Shown here: one piece after another, positions 17,146 to 39,800 of the stretch
Layout of the letters: each line of letters opens with the position of its first letter
Numbering within the stretch: the stretch's first letter is position 1
Source: the human T2T-CHM13v2.0 reference genome, Homo sapiens
NCBI RefSeq assembly: GCF_009914755.1
Contig: NC_060929.1
Reading direction: 5' to 3' (one strand)
Length of the DNA: 64,000 nt
Translations under genes and position numbers: made by a program
Notes under the pieces: generated by a model
Seen by the model: only the letters and a program-made list of their open reading frames with translations
Databases searched by the model: none
What the model was told of the DNA's origin: nothing

Positions 17146-17944
17146 GGCTACTGTACCAAAATATGAAAATATAAGTTTGAGATGAATATATCGATCTTGC
17201 CATAATTCAGTTTATATGCTGGTAGGATAAACCAACATTAAAATATAATACAATATTAATTTGAATATATTTGTTGAAATCACCATAAAAGTACAAGGCT
17301 ATTTCTACTCATTTACTTTTCACATTTATTTATTCTATCTTTATTATATGTATGGTTTCATTTCTTCACTATACAGATATGTTTAGGATATAAACAAACT
17401 CTATTTTGTCCATCTTATAAAGAAAACATATATTTATCTCAATGGAAAAGCAAAAAAAAAAAAAAAGGACTCTTTTTAGCTATGTTCCTATTTCTCTGTT
17501 CCCCTGCAAACCACCCTTCAGACTTTCAGACTCTGTTGATCACCTTTCAATGCTTGGTTTATTATATTTTCTTTGTTTTTTCTACAACACTCACTAGAAA
17601 TCACTTTTATTACAGAAACACATGTCCTATAATTTTCTGTCTGTGAGCATTGCAAGATTTTGTTTATATAAAATCCCAGCATATTAGATGTAATGCTATT
17701 TTTTTGTTTTTAACCCAAGAAATTTCAATAAAAATAGCAAAATAGAAAATTAAAATAGATATAACTCAGATCAACTCTAAATTACATTAAAAATTAAAGT
17801 ACTTGCAAAGCTTCAACAGAAAAGAAATGACATAAGGAAAAAAAATTGTATTACTATTAGCCAAATATTTAAAACCAATTGTGGAATGATAAAAACCTCT
17901 TTCAAATTCTACTTTAACTATCACCATAATTTAAAACATCTGAT

Positions 17945-18257
17945 GGCTAAGAATGGTGGCTCATGCCTCTAATCCCAACAACTTTAGAAGGCCAAGGCAG
18001 GAGGATCACTTGAGTCCAGAAATTTGAAACCAGCCTTGGCAACAGAACCCATCTCTACAAAAAAAAAAAAAAAATTAAAAATAGCTGGGAGGGGACAGGG
18101 TGCACCTGTTGTGGTCCCAGCTACTCAGGAGGCTGAGGTGGAAGGATAACTTAAGCCTAGGAGTTTGAGGCTGCAGTGAATTATGGTGGCACCACTGCAC
18201 TCCAGCCTAGTTGACAGAGTGAGATCGTCTCAAATAAATAAATAAATAAAATAAAAT
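17945..18257 (+). mobile_element. AluJ
   Basis: Diverged dimer with (AAAT)n tail. Confidence 0.93.
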
Positions 18258-18726
18258 ATTTGCCCATTAAGCCTTGGAAACAATCCTTTCTTCTTTTATG
18301 TGTTTGCATGTATGCATATGTGTGTGCATTGTGTGTGTATGTGTGTGTGTTGTATACCATAGTGGCCTCTATTTTTAATAGCTGATAGGTGCATAAACTT
18401 TGGTGTTAGCTCCCCTAGTGAAACGAGTATTACGTCACATTTTGCCACACATTTTCTAAGAATGTTTAAGATTCAATGTTTTTATCTGAGAATAAAGATA
18501 AGATATATATGAATTCTACTAGAGTATTGCTAAAAATAAGCTCTCAAAAATGGCAATTTTTATTTTTACAATGATTAGGGTTTTTTAAAATATAATTTGT
18601 ATTAATAATATTAACAAAAATTGAAATACCCTTAAACCTATGTTTTTCTGTTGGAAATGTTGTGGTTTTATTTCCCAGATATTTAGACCTTGGATCTTAG
18701 TGCTCTAGGGAAGGTTATGATAGTTG

Positions 18727-19149
18727 TGATAGAGACAGGAGAAAACCAAATGCCGCCCAGGTCATTGTGCACAGGGGGCTTGCTTAAGCATGCCCGTTGT
18801 GAAAAATTCAATCTCTTAACACATGGGCGGTAAGGGAAAGCAATCAATGTGGAGTGGCTCAGACTAAAAGCCCACCTGTGCAGTGGGAGAAGGGTGTGGA
18901 GCCACCGGGAATTCGCACCTTACGCAGTGGGGAGGAACCTGGCCTGTTGAGCTCCTGGGTGGTGGCCTAGTATTCAATCTGTGAGGTGGGAGGCTGTTGG
19001 CAGGACCCCCTCTTTTTTTTGCTGAGCACTTTCTTTTAATAAATTCTGTTCTCCTAACCTTTCAGCATGTCCTTGTGTCTAATTTTTCCTGGTCATGAAG
19101 ACAAGAATGAAGATTTTAGCTAAACTAAGGAGCAAAAAATCCTGCATCA
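18727..19149 (+). mobile_element. ERV1 solo LTR (MER61-like)
   Basis: tgatagagacaggag...aataaa...ttttagctaaactaaggagcaaaaaatcctgcatca; flanks gttg / tttg. Confidence 0.8.
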
Positions 19150-20027
19150 TTTGCACCATAAATAAAAGAAATAAAAGTAACCATTTTTATAGGGAGGAAT
19201 AAAAGTGAGAATTGAGGCATAGATAAATTCTGCTTATTATTATCATCATCATTATTTTGTGAGAAAACCAGGTCCCACACAGCAGAGATGAGTATCAGTG
19301 GAAAGGAGGTAATGAAGTACTGATATATCATGTAGATTAAGGTGAAATATCAAGGAAGACTGTATGCCTTCTCTACCTGCCTTTTGAACCCCTTGAGAGA
19401 GACAATGAGCCAATAGGTATATTGTGTGTGTTAGAAAAGAAACTATGCTTAAAATAATGGCTTAGTATGTATAGAAGTGAATCACTAGAACTGGCTGTAT
19501 ACCACGTCTAGGAAGTGATGTAGCATATTTAGGACAAGCGATCAAACATAGCACTCCTCGCACTATCCCTCTCCTCTTATGTGGTTTAGAAAAAATCCAG
19601 AAGTCCTCACAAGTACCAAGTATATGATGTAACAGGCATCTGGATTTGAGGTTAAGAAACTCAATTTCATAACTGTATGAAAGGGTGAGGTAAACTACCA
19701 GTGTAAGCTGCAAGTAGATAGTCTAAGCCAATGGCAAGAGTTAAGACTCAAATGATCTGTATTGCTAATGGTATCTGAGATAAGGGAAAATGATTAAGAA
19801 GGAGACAACTAGGAACTAACATACTAAGAACACTTGCTTTAACGTGCACTAATTGCAGAAACTATAGCTGTCACTTTATTGGAAATGACCTGTTGTCTAA
19901 TGAAATCTCAGATTATCTTCAATGTGGCCAAGGACTGGATTTACATCCTATCATTTTGTGATATTTGACAACTTATTTATACTCAGAGTAAGGAAGATTC
20001 TTTACCTGTAATATGAAAGAAGTAATT

Positions 20028-24230
<4,203 letters not shown>

Positions 24231-25079
24231 GAAAGAAGTAATTAGCTCAAAAACCTTGAGATAAAAATATTAATTGAATAAACAGTGTCAATTCATTTAG
24301 CAAACATTATATAATTGAAAACATCAGTACATTCAAACAGAGGTACGGCTAGCTTGATGAGGTAAAATAAATTATGACTTTAAGGATTATTGGAGTTAGC
24401 TCGGTCAATACAAAGCGTGGGCTGAAAAGAAGCTTTCTAGGAATGTAAAACAGAATAAAGATACCAGAGTTTAATGCATTATGATATGCCATTAATTTAA
24501 TAGAATTGTGCAGAGAATTCAGGGTATTAGAGAGATTGCAGTTGTATGTAGGAGCTTTGGTTCTCGGACTAGAGAAAACTCATAATTAGACATATTAGGT
24601 AAATTAGCCAACGTTATACAACTATGTCATATTTCAACACTGGATGATAAAGTTACCTTATTAACCTTGAAGTGTGATTGCCTTTATTAATACTCTTGGG
24701 CCTGATAGTAGATCTCCAATGTTTAGAAATTTATGAGACAAAATCTTGATGCCATATTTTTATTAATATACTTGGAGCTCTTGGCAAGGTGTCTTAGAGT
24801 CCATAGAGTCTAAGTGATGAATAACCCTAGGCTTACAGCACTTCTGGTCAGATGTGTATCTTCTATTCTCTATGAATTTAAATTACCCTCTGTTGGACTA
24901 CAGAAAACAATTATTCCTAAGTTAAATTAAGTCCCTCCAACAATTTTTTTAATTAAAAAAAATTCTATATCTGATCCTTTCTTCATATATCACATACTAC
25001 CCCCCTACTCCAAAACAGAAGATCTCTCATGCAGGCTTGAGCAATAATGTCTTCCACTCCTGGTTTATTATAATTCGTT

Positions 25080-25540
25080 TTCTTAAAGCAACTAGATTGC
25101 ATTTTTAAAAATACCAATCAGACAATCTTCTCTCTCTCTTTCTAAATGCCTCCTTGGCCTTCCAGCCTACCAGGAATAAAAGCCAAAATTCTTCCTGTTA
25201 CCCACTGTGCCCTTCATAATTTGTTTTCTCATCTCTTAAATTCTCCCACTGGTTTATTTTTCTCCAGACCTAGTAGACATCTTGCTGCTCCTTAAACACA
25301 TAAGGCGTGATCTGTCAGCAGGGTCTTTGCACTTGTTCTTCAGACTTCTGGAAACGGTTTTCTCTAAGATATTCCAACATGTTCTTTTTTACCTTTAATC
25401 ACATCTCAAACTCGTACCTCTTCAGAGATAGATTTCTTTATCATCTCACCTAAAAATGCACCCTTTGCATATCTTCTTCCTTTATTGTAGATGACAACAT
25501 ACGCTAATTTGCATCTCCTCAATGTTTGCGATATCCATAA
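25080..25540 (-). mobile_element. L2 remnant
   Basis: aataaaagccaaaattctt, cagggtctttgcacttgtt, ctcaaactcgtacctcttcagaga. Confidence 0.65.
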
Positions 25541-26228
25541 TTCTAAAAGAGAAAGAAATAAAGAAAATATGATGGTAGAGAGAGAGAGAGCTAAACTAAA
25601 TAAAAGCATTGAGCGAATAACACTAGCATTTTTGAACTATATTATTTTATTGGGAGTGAGTAAACTAGGAATCAGGATAGACAAGTTTAGTAGTTTCCTG
25701 GCAGAAATTTATTATGTTTAATGTTACAGTTATTTAACTTCATGCATTGATGAAAGAGTTGGCAAAGGTTCCTGGCCCATACACAATGTTCCAAAAAAAT
25801 TGATAATAAAATGTTACTCAATTACTTTTTTTATTAGACCCATGGAAACTATGCCATTTTAGCAGTCCATGGTCATATTAAAAAGTAGAAGTTATCATAT
25901 TTAATGATTATATATATGTGTAGTTTGCAGTTTGTTTTTTGTTTTGGTTGTGGTAATACATTTATATTTTAGTTCCTAGAAAAAAAAAAAAAAGCCCGGT
26001 AACTAATTATTTCCTGTTAACATTCTACTATATCACCAGACCCAATTTTTAGAAAACAGAGTAATCATAGTCTTAGGTTACTGTCTAAAGCAATTCTTCA
26101 AATTATGAATTATTAACTTAGAAAATCTTTCCATCCATAGTACAGAATTATGCCAGTGGGTGAACCTTGAATACAGGTGTGACCCACTTTATAATCAGCA
26201 AAGTAAGTACATTTTAAAAGACTATTTA

Positions 26229-29016
<2,788 letters not shown>

Positions 29017-29150
29017 TTAGTTGATGCAGTTTCTTCCTACTCTCGATGGTCTTTACATTTTGGCATGATTTTGCAGCGGCTGGTACCGGTTGTTCCTTTC
29101 CATGTTTAGCGCTTCCTTCAGGAGCTCTTTTAGGGCAGGCCTGGTGGTGA

Positions 29151-30265
<1,115 letters not shown>

Positions 30266-31186
30266 ACAATGAGATCACATGGACACAGGAAGGGGAATAT
30301 CACACTCTGGGGACTGTGGTGGGGTCAGGGGAGGGGGGAGGGATAGCATTGGGAGATATACCTAATGCTAGATGACACGTTAGTGGGTGCAGCGCACCAG
30401 CATGGCACATGTATACATATGTAACTAACCTGCACAATGTGCACATGTACCCTAAAACTTAAAGTATAATTAAAAAAAAAACATTAAAAAAAAAAGACTA
30501 TTTACATTTATGGAGACTAAAGGGAGGTTTATTTAGATAGCACAATGTATAAATGCAACTAATTTTTAATCTACCTATATATAATAGATGGACACAAAAC
30601 ATACATCAATTGCATCAATGAAATACAGTCAAGCATATAATTTTGTTTACACATTTCCTAAATTTTAAGTTCTCATTTATTTACCTTTAAGCACTTCAAA
30701 TTTTTCCCATGGTTAAAAGTAGGACGTTTAATGGCCCTGTTCTCTCCTGATTTTCTTTTTGCTTTTTATTGTATATTAATAGTTATTCTCAAATTATTAA
30801 AGATATACCTATAGATTATGGTCTTAATTTGATTGATATTTCAATCGTTTTTAAAGCAGACTCAAATTAAAAATTTTGTTGATAACCTTTTTCTGTTGTT
30901 TTTTTGCAGAATTTCTGGGATATTACAAAAATCAATTTTCTCATACAAGCTTATTGATTTTTTTCAACTTACATAAACACATTTTTTCTGTCTTTACACA
31001 TACTTTATATTTTATATGTAAATTTTAAAATGAAAACACCTTCAATGTCAGACATAACATTAGACATAATTCTGCTTACACCAAAGAAAAACAATTAAAT
31101 ACAGTTAATGTGCTTTGTAGCCCAAAGGAACACACACACAAACACACACACACACACACAGACAAAACAGTCTATGTCTATTTACC

Positions 31187-31549
31187 TGTTTTATTCATCT
31201 GTTCTCATGCTGCTGGTAAAGACATACCTGAGACTGAGTAATTTACAAAGAAAAAGAGATTTAATGAACTCACAGTTGCAAATGACTGGGAAAGCTTCAG
31301 AATCATGGCAGAAGGTGAAAGGCACGTTACATGGTGGCAGGCAAGAGAGAATGAGAAGCAAGCAAAAGAGTTTTTCCCTTATAAAACCATCAGATCTTGT
31401 GAGACTTATTCACTACCAACAGAACAGTATGGGGTAAACTGCCCCTGTAATTCAATTATCTCGCAGGGTGTCCTTTCTACAATATGTGGGAATTATGGGA
31501 GCTACAATTCAAAATGAGATTTGAGTGGGGACACAGCCAAACCATATCA
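31187..31549 (-). mobile_element. THE1 solo LTR
   Basis: gctgctggtaaagacatacctgagactg...ggggacacagccaaaccatatca. Confidence 0.92.
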
Positions 31550-33904
31550 CACATGTTGAGTAATTAAAGAATGAGTCAACAGATTTTCAAAGTCCATGTT
31601 ATTCACAAAAATATTTAATTTCAGAAAATTAAGAATATTCTACTTTTAGAAAGAATATTCTAACATACGATCTCCAGTATAGTTCATTGATCACATACAA
31701 TTTTAAATATATTTCAATACGTTTTTAGAAAAGGTAGTGATACTTTTCTTTATATTTGATACAGAAATTTGTATACTTTCTAAAGGTAACTTTGAAATAA
31801 AAAACCTGAAAGCAAAAATAATAAAAATCTTTGAAGGTGAGACTCTTATCAAGTTTATGTCCTCCAATCCAAGATGGCAACTTTACCTTGTGTGTGTATA
31901 GAGTAGTATATTGCAGTATACAAAAATTGAAATACATTAAAACATTGGAATATCAAATGCAGGTGGACTTTTGATAAACACATGAGAAATCAGTCAGATA
32001 AAATCACTACTATTTACTCATGGAATTTTTTTTTTAACTTTTAAGTTCAGAAGTACATGTGCAGCATGTGCAGTTTCATTACATAGGTAAATGTGTGTCA
32101 TGGGGGATGGTAGTACAGACTATTTCATCACCCAGGCAATAAACCCAGTATCCATTAGTTATTTTTCCTGCTTCTCTCCCTCCTTTACCCTCCACCCCCT
32201 AACAGGCCCCAGTACATGTGGATCCCCTCTATGTGTCCATGTATTCTCATCATTTAGATCCCATTTATGAGTGAGAAACATGTGGTATTTGGTTTTCTGT
32301 TCCTGTGTTAGTTTGTGAAGGGTAAGGTCCTCCAGTTCCATCCATGTCCGTACAAAGGACATGATCTCGTTCTTTTTTATGGTTGCATAACATTCCATTA
32401 TGTATGTTTACCACGTTTACTTTATCCAGTCTATCATTGATGGGCATTCAGGCTGATTCCATGTCTTTGCTATTGTGAATAGTGCTGCAATAAACCTACA
32501 CGTGCATGTGTATTTATAATAGAACAGTTTATATTCCTTTGGGAATATACCCAGTAATGGGATTGCTGGTTCTAATGGTATTTCTGTCTTTAGGTCTTTG
32601 AGGAATCTCTACACCTTCTTCCACAATGGCTGAACGAATTTACACTCCCACCAATAGTATAAAAGCGCACATTTTTATCCAAAATCTCCCCAGTGTCTGT
32701 TATTTTTTGACTTATTATCATAGCCATTCTAATTTGCGTGAGATGGTATCTCACTGTGGTTTTGATTTGCATTTCTCTAATGATCAGTGATGTTGAGCTT
32801 TTTGTCATATATTTGTTGGTCACATGTAGGTCTTCTTTTGAGAAGTGTCCATTCATGTGCTTTGCCCACTTTTTAATGGGGTTGTTTTATTTCTTGTAAA
32901 TTTGTTTAAGTTCCTGATAGATGCTGGATATTAAATCTTTGTCAGATTCATAGTTTGCAATTTTTTTTCTCCTATTCGGTAGGTTGTCTGTTTACTTTGT
33001 TGATAGTTTTTTGTTGTTGGGTAGAAGCTCTTTAATTAGATCCCTTTTGTCAATTTTTGCTTTTGTTATTATTGCTTTTGGCATCATTGTCCTGAAGTGT
33101 TTGCCAGTTCCTGTGTTCAGAATGGTATTTTCTAGATTATTTTACAGGATTTTTATAGTTTGGGGTTTTTGTATTTAAATCTCTAATACACCTTGAGTTG
33201 ATTTTTGTATATGGTATAAGGGAAGGGTCCAGTTTCAGTCTTCTACATATGGATAGCCAGTTACTCCAGCACCATTTATTGAATGGGAAATCATTTCCTC
33301 ACTGCTTGTTTTTAACAATTTTGTTGAAGATCAGATGGTTGTAGGTGTACAGCCTTATTTCTGAGCTCTGTGTTCTGTTTCATTGGTCTGTGTGTCTATT
33401 TTTGTACCAGTACCATGCTGTTTTAGTTACTGCAGCCCTATAGTATAGTTTGAAGTGAGGTAGCATGATTTCTCCAGCTTTTTGCTTTTTTAACTAGGAT
33501 TATCTTGGCTATTAGGGCTCTTTTTTGCTTTTATATGAATTTTAAAATGGATTTTTCTAGTTTTGTGAGTAATGCAGTTCATAGTTTTGTAGAAATAGCA
33601 TTGAACCCACAAATTGCTTTAGGAATTATGGCCATTTTAATAATATTAATTTTTTTCTATCCATGAGCATGGAATGTTTTTCCATTTGTTTGTGTCATCT
33701 ATGATTTTTTTAGCAGTGTTTTCTAATTCTCATTGTAGAAATCTTTCACCACTGTGCTTGGCTGTATTCCCAGGCATTTTGTTCTTTTGTGGGTAATTGT
33801 AAATGGGGTTGCATTTCTGACTTGGCTTTTAGCTTGGCTGTTGTTGGTGTATAGCAATGCTGGTGATTTTTGCACATTGATTTTGTATCCTGTAATGTAG
33901 CTGA

Positions 33905-34324
<420 letters not shown>

Positions 34325-34557
34325 AATTGTGTCATTTGATGCATACGATTTTTAAATTTTGAAAATGCCCAGTTTATGTATTTTTTCTTTTATTGCTTAT
34401 ATTTTTGTATTTTTGGTTTCATATGAGGCACAGAGCCCTTAAACAACAGGAGCCCGTCCTCTGGCACAAGTTCAGATTCCCAAGGAGACTGCCCTCAAAC
34501 CACTAGAACCAACCCAAACTTGCACCTCACTGGGTATTGCCCTTGGTCCCTGACTTG

Positions 34558-34845
34558 TTTTTTTGAGACAGAGTCTCGCTTTGTCACCCAGGCTGGAGTG
34601 CAGTTGTGCCATCTTGGCTCACTGCAAGCTACGCCTCGTGGGTTCATGCCATTCTCCTGCCTCAGCCTCCTGAGTAGCTGGGACTATAGGCACCATCCAC
34701 CACGCCTGGCTAATTTTTTGTATTTTTAGTAGAGACAGGGTTTCACCGTGTTAGCCAGGATGGTCTCGATCTCCTGACCTCATGATCCACCCGCCTCGGC
34801 TTCCCAAAGTGCTGGGATTACAGGCGTGAGCCACCCCACCTGGCC
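34558..34845 (-). mobile_element. AluY with a 7-nt tail
   Basis: Y diagnostics in both arms (gcaagct, gccattc, ccgtgttagccaggatggtctcgatctcc). Confidence 0.95.
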
Positions 34846-36575
34846 TGATTGCCCTTTATTTTTGTATCTTTCCTGACTGCTTTTGTCAAGACTGCCAATA
34901 TTATGTTGAATAGGAATGGTGAGAGAGGGCATCCTTTTCTTGTGCTGGTTTTCAAGGGAAATGATTCCAGGTTTTGCCCTTTCACTACGATGTTGGCTGT
35001 GGGTTTGTTATAGATGGCTCTTATTATTTTGAGGTATGTTCCTTTAATATTTAGTTTGTTGAGAATTTTTTACATGAAGTGATGTTGAATTTTATTTAAA
35101 GCCTTTAAATAAAGGCTTTAAGAACTTTATTTAAAGAACTTTATTTAAAGTTCTTATTATGTAATGAATCACATTTATTGATTTGCATATGTTGAGACAA
35201 TCTTGCATCCTAAGGACAAAGCCTACTTGATCATGCTGGATTAGCATTTTAATGGGATGCTGAATTTTGTTTGCTTGTATTTTGTTGAGGCATTTTGCAT
35301 CAATGTTAATCAGGGATATTTTCCCCTAAATTTTATTTTTTCATTGTTGTGTCTCTTACATGTTTCTGTTAGGATGATACCGGCCTCAAAGAATGAGATG
35401 GAGAGGAGTCCCTTCTCCTCACTTTTTTGAAATAGTTTCAGTATGAATGGTTCCAGCTCTTCTTTGTAAATATGGTAGAGTTTGTATGTGGATCCATTTG
35501 GTTCTTGGCTTCTTTTGGTTTGTAGGCTATTTTTTTACAGATGCAATTTTGGAGTTCATTTTTGGTCTGTTCAGGATTCAACTTCTTCCTGCTTCAGTAT
35601 TAGAAGGATGTATGCATCCGGGAATTTATCCATTGTTTCTAGATTTTCTAGCTTGTGTGCATAGAAATGTTCATAGTATTCTTGGATGGTTATTTGTGTT
35701 TTTGTGGGGATCAAGGGTAATATCCCTTTTGTCATTTTTAATCATATTTATTTGGATCCTCTCTCTTTACTTCTTCGTTAGTTTAGCTATCAATTTATCT
35801 ATCTCATTTTTTTTTCAAAAAATTATCTCCTGGATTCGTCAATCTTTTGAATTTTTTTTATTGTTGTTGTCAATCTCCTACAGTTCAGCTATTGTCTTCT
35901 AATAACTTTGGAATTTGTTTGCCCTTGATTCTCTAGTTCTTTTATTTGTCATGTTAGGTTATTAACTTGAGATCTTTCTAATTGTTTGATGTGAGCATTT
36001 GTTACTATACATTTCCCTCTTCATAGTGCCTTAGCTGTGTCCCAGAGATTATGGTATATTTTATCTGTGTTTTTATTAGTTTCAGAGAACTTCATGATTT
36101 CTCCTTTAATTTAATTATTTACCCAAAATTCATTCAGGGACAGGTTGTTTAATTTCCATGTAATTGTACAGTTTTGAGTGATTTTCCTAATCGTGATTTT
36201 CATTTTTTTTTTTTTTTTGCTGTTGTCCAAGAGAGTGGTTGGTATGATTTCAGTTCTTTTGCATTTACTGAGGATTATTTTATGTCTGATTGTGTGATTG
36301 ATTTTAGAGTATGTTAAATGTGCTAATGGGAAAAATGTATATTCTGCTGGTTTTGGGTATAGAGTTCTCTGGATAACTATCAGGTCCATTTGGTTTCTTG
36401 CTGAGTTCAGATCCTAAGTATCTTTGTTAATTTTCTGCCTTAGTGTTCTGTTTAACGCTGTCAGTGAAGTGTTGAGGTCTCCCACTATTACTGTATGGAA
36501 ATCTAAGTCTCTTTGAAGGTCTCTAAGAACTTGCTTTATAAAACTGGGTGCTCCTGTGTTGTGTGCATATATATA

Positions 36576-36820
36576 ATTTTTAGCAGTGTTTTCTAATTCT
36601 CATTATAGAGATCTTTCATCTCTGTGCTTGGCTGTATTCCCAGGCATTTTGTTCTTTTGTGGATAGTTGTAAATGGAATTGCATTTCTGACTTGGCTTTT
36701 AGCTTGGCTGTTGTTGGTGTATAGCAATGCTAGTGATTTTTGCACATTGATTTTGTATACTGTAATGTAGCTGAAATTGCTTATCAGCTCAAGGAGCTTT
36801 TGGGCAGAGACAATGGGAAT
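36576..36820. repeat. Dispersed direct copy of 33706-33950
   Basis: About 245 bp, offset 2870 bp, about 13 substitutions by eye. Confidence 0.97.
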
Positions 36821-39800
36821 CCTTAGCATATATATGTATGTGTATATATATATATATACATATATATGATAGTTAGGTCTTCTTGTGGAACTGAACTTTT
36901 TACTGTTATGTATTTTCCTTCTTTGTCTTTTTTTAATCTTTGTTGGTTTAAAGTCTGTTTTGTCTGAAATTAAGATTGCAACTCTTGCTTTTTTCTGTTT
37001 TTCTTTTGCTTGGTAGATTTTCTTCCATCTCTCCATTTTGAGCCTGTGGGTTTCCCTGCAGGTAAGATGGGTCTCTTGAACACAGCATATCATTAGATCA
37101 TACTTCTTTATCCAGCTTGCCACTCTTTTTGCCTTTTGATTGGTGTATTTAGCCTATTTATATTCAATGTTAGTATTGATATTTGTGAATTTGATCCTGT
37201 CATCATGTCGTTAGCTAGTTCATATGCAGGCTTGTTTGTGTGGTTGCTTCACACAAACTGGTGACTGGTCTGCATACCTAAATGTGTTTTCGTAGAAACT
37301 GGTAACAGTCTTTCCTTTTCATATTTAGTGTTTCTTTCAGGACCTCTTATAAGGTAGATCTGATGGTACACATTTACTCACCATTTTCTTCTCTGAAAAA
37401 GATTTTATTTGTCCTTCAATTGTGAAGCTTAATTTGGCCAGATATGAAATTCTTGGTTGGAATTTCTTTCCTTTAATTATATTGAATAAAGGGCCCCAGT
37501 CTCTTCTGGCTTTTAGGGTTTCCACTGAAAGGTTTGTTGCTGGTCTGATAGACTTCCCTTTGTAGGTGATCTGTTTTTCTAGCTGCCCTTAACATTTTTT
37601 ATTTTATTTCGACCTTGACGAATCTGATGATTATGTGTCTTGGGGATGATCTTTTTGTGAAGTATTTTTCAGGGGTTCTCAGCATTTCCTGAATTTGAAT
37701 GTCAGCTTCCTTAGCTAGGTTGAGGAAGTTCTCATGGATAATATCCTGAAATATGTTTTCCAAGTTTATTCTATTTTTCCCATCTCTTTTATGGATGCCA
37801 ATGAGTCATAGACTTGGTCTCTTTACATAATCCCATTTTTCACAGAGGTTTTGTTCATTCCTTCTTCAAATACTGAGATTTTTTCTTCAGATTGTTTTGT
37901 TCTGCTGTTAATGCTTATAATTGCATTATAAAATCTTTGTAGTTTGTTTTTCAGCTTTATCAGGTCAGTTATGTTGTTTTATATACTGACTATCTTGTCT
38001 GTCCGCTTCTGTGTCTTTTTATTGTGATTCTTAGCTTCTTTATATTGATTTTCAACATTCTCTTGAATCTTGATGGTCTTCATTCCTATTTCTGTTCCTG
38101 TTCTGAAACCTATTTCTGTCACTTCAGCCATCTTAGCCCAGTTAAGAAACCTTGCTGGAGAACTAATGCCCTTGTTTGGAGAAAAAGAAGACACTCTGGC
38201 TTTTTCAGTTGTCAGAGTTCTTGTGCTTTATCTTTATCATCTTTGTGGGCTTATCTTCCTTTGCTCTTTGAAGTTGCTGTCCTTTGGGTGGGTTTTTATT
38301 TCTTTTGATCCTATTTGATGACCTCAGGGATTTGATTGTTGCGTAAGGTGGGTTTAGTTGACTGGCTTCATTTTGGGAGGATTTTAAGGGACCAAGCTTC
38401 AGTTCAGGACTCCTGGACTGCATGCTCTAACTCTGGGGGACTTGTGTCACCTCTGCCCTGCTCCCCTCCTGCTTAGTTCTATAGTTTCTCAATGTAATGA
38501 ACCTGCTATGCTGGAAGAGCCGAGGTGCTTCCAGACTACTCGTCACAACACTGTGATGGGTGATGCCACCCAAGGCACTTTGTAGATTACTGGCGGCAGA
38601 AATCATCCTCATTTGCATGTGCACGTAGCAGCTACAGCTGCAGCAAGGTGTTGGTGCATGCTCCTAGACTGCAGCAGGATCCTAGTGGGTGAGGGGGCAC
38701 TGGCCTTCACACAGCCCTTCACAGCAGTGGCTGGCATCGACAGCACAGCTAGGGGGATCACACCCCCTGCTTTGCTGGTAACTGTGTGCTAGTTCACGCT
38801 GGTGGTGGTGGTTGCACCCTGTGTGCATGTTCCCATGGGTGGAGGTGGTTGCTCAGGGTGGGAGCAAGATTGCTTTTCTCCATGCCTACTTTGGTCTGAT
38901 GGCAGTTTTGGTGCAGGAGAAAGATGCTGGCAGAAGTAGTGGGATGTGGTGGGGGAGATAGCCAGAATGCACTCACATGCACACTGGTTGCAGTGGCACA
39001 GCAGGGTGCACATGTACATGCTCCAAGTTGGGAAGGGAAGCCAAGGTCTGCCTGTGCACACATATGCAGTGGTAAAGCAACGCAAACGTAGGCCATGGGC
39101 AAGTATGTGTGGGAAAAGTGGCACAGGGGAGGCTGCATTGTGGGGAGGTTGCATTGTGTGGGAAGGTGGGCTAGTGCATGTCACCTAGGGCTTCTCTGCT
39201 GGAGCACTCTGCTGGTCAGGCACAGTCTGCCAGTGCAGGAGCTATGAAACAGGCCTTCAGGAAGTACTGCGGGCTGCACTACAAGCAGGAACTACCAGGC
39301 TGGGGCCCCAGAAGAGGCCAGCAGATTGAGGGCTGCTTGGGTCCACCGGCCCCATCTCATGGATAAGATCACCCTGTAGAGCTCAAGTCCAACAATTCTC
39401 CTAGGGTTAAATTCTCCTATGGGAGCCAGTTGAGCCTAGGGGAATAGATAACCCTGGCCATGATCCACTACAGATGCTCCTGCACCAAACCCTCTATGCT
39501 CTCCTCCAGCTGGAGTTCTGGCTCTGCCATTTCTCTGAGCAGTTCTCCTTGTGGATTCCAGAAGCCCAAGGGGAGAGTGGGCCACTACTTGCTTGTTCAA
39601 TTCACCCCTTCCCCAGGAGACATACGGGGCCAGGAATCAAGTCCTGGTGCATGATAGCCTTGTGCAGTGTTCACAGCTTCCTCCCTTTTTAGCCTAGCAT
39701 CTGTGTCTTCCCTCCATCCACTTCATTGCCTCCCTGCAAAAGATATTCTAAGAGTGTGCCAGTCTTTCTTATGCCCTTTCTATCGTCAAGAGATGTTTCT

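Noticed and set aside
31631-31662. aagaatattcta repeated at 20-bp spacing
   Set aside because: Small slippage duplication with no further structure
36593-37123. 176-aa ORF fusing endonuclease and RT-region peptides
   Set aside because: By-product of the local duplication; frameshifted and includes a translated TA tract
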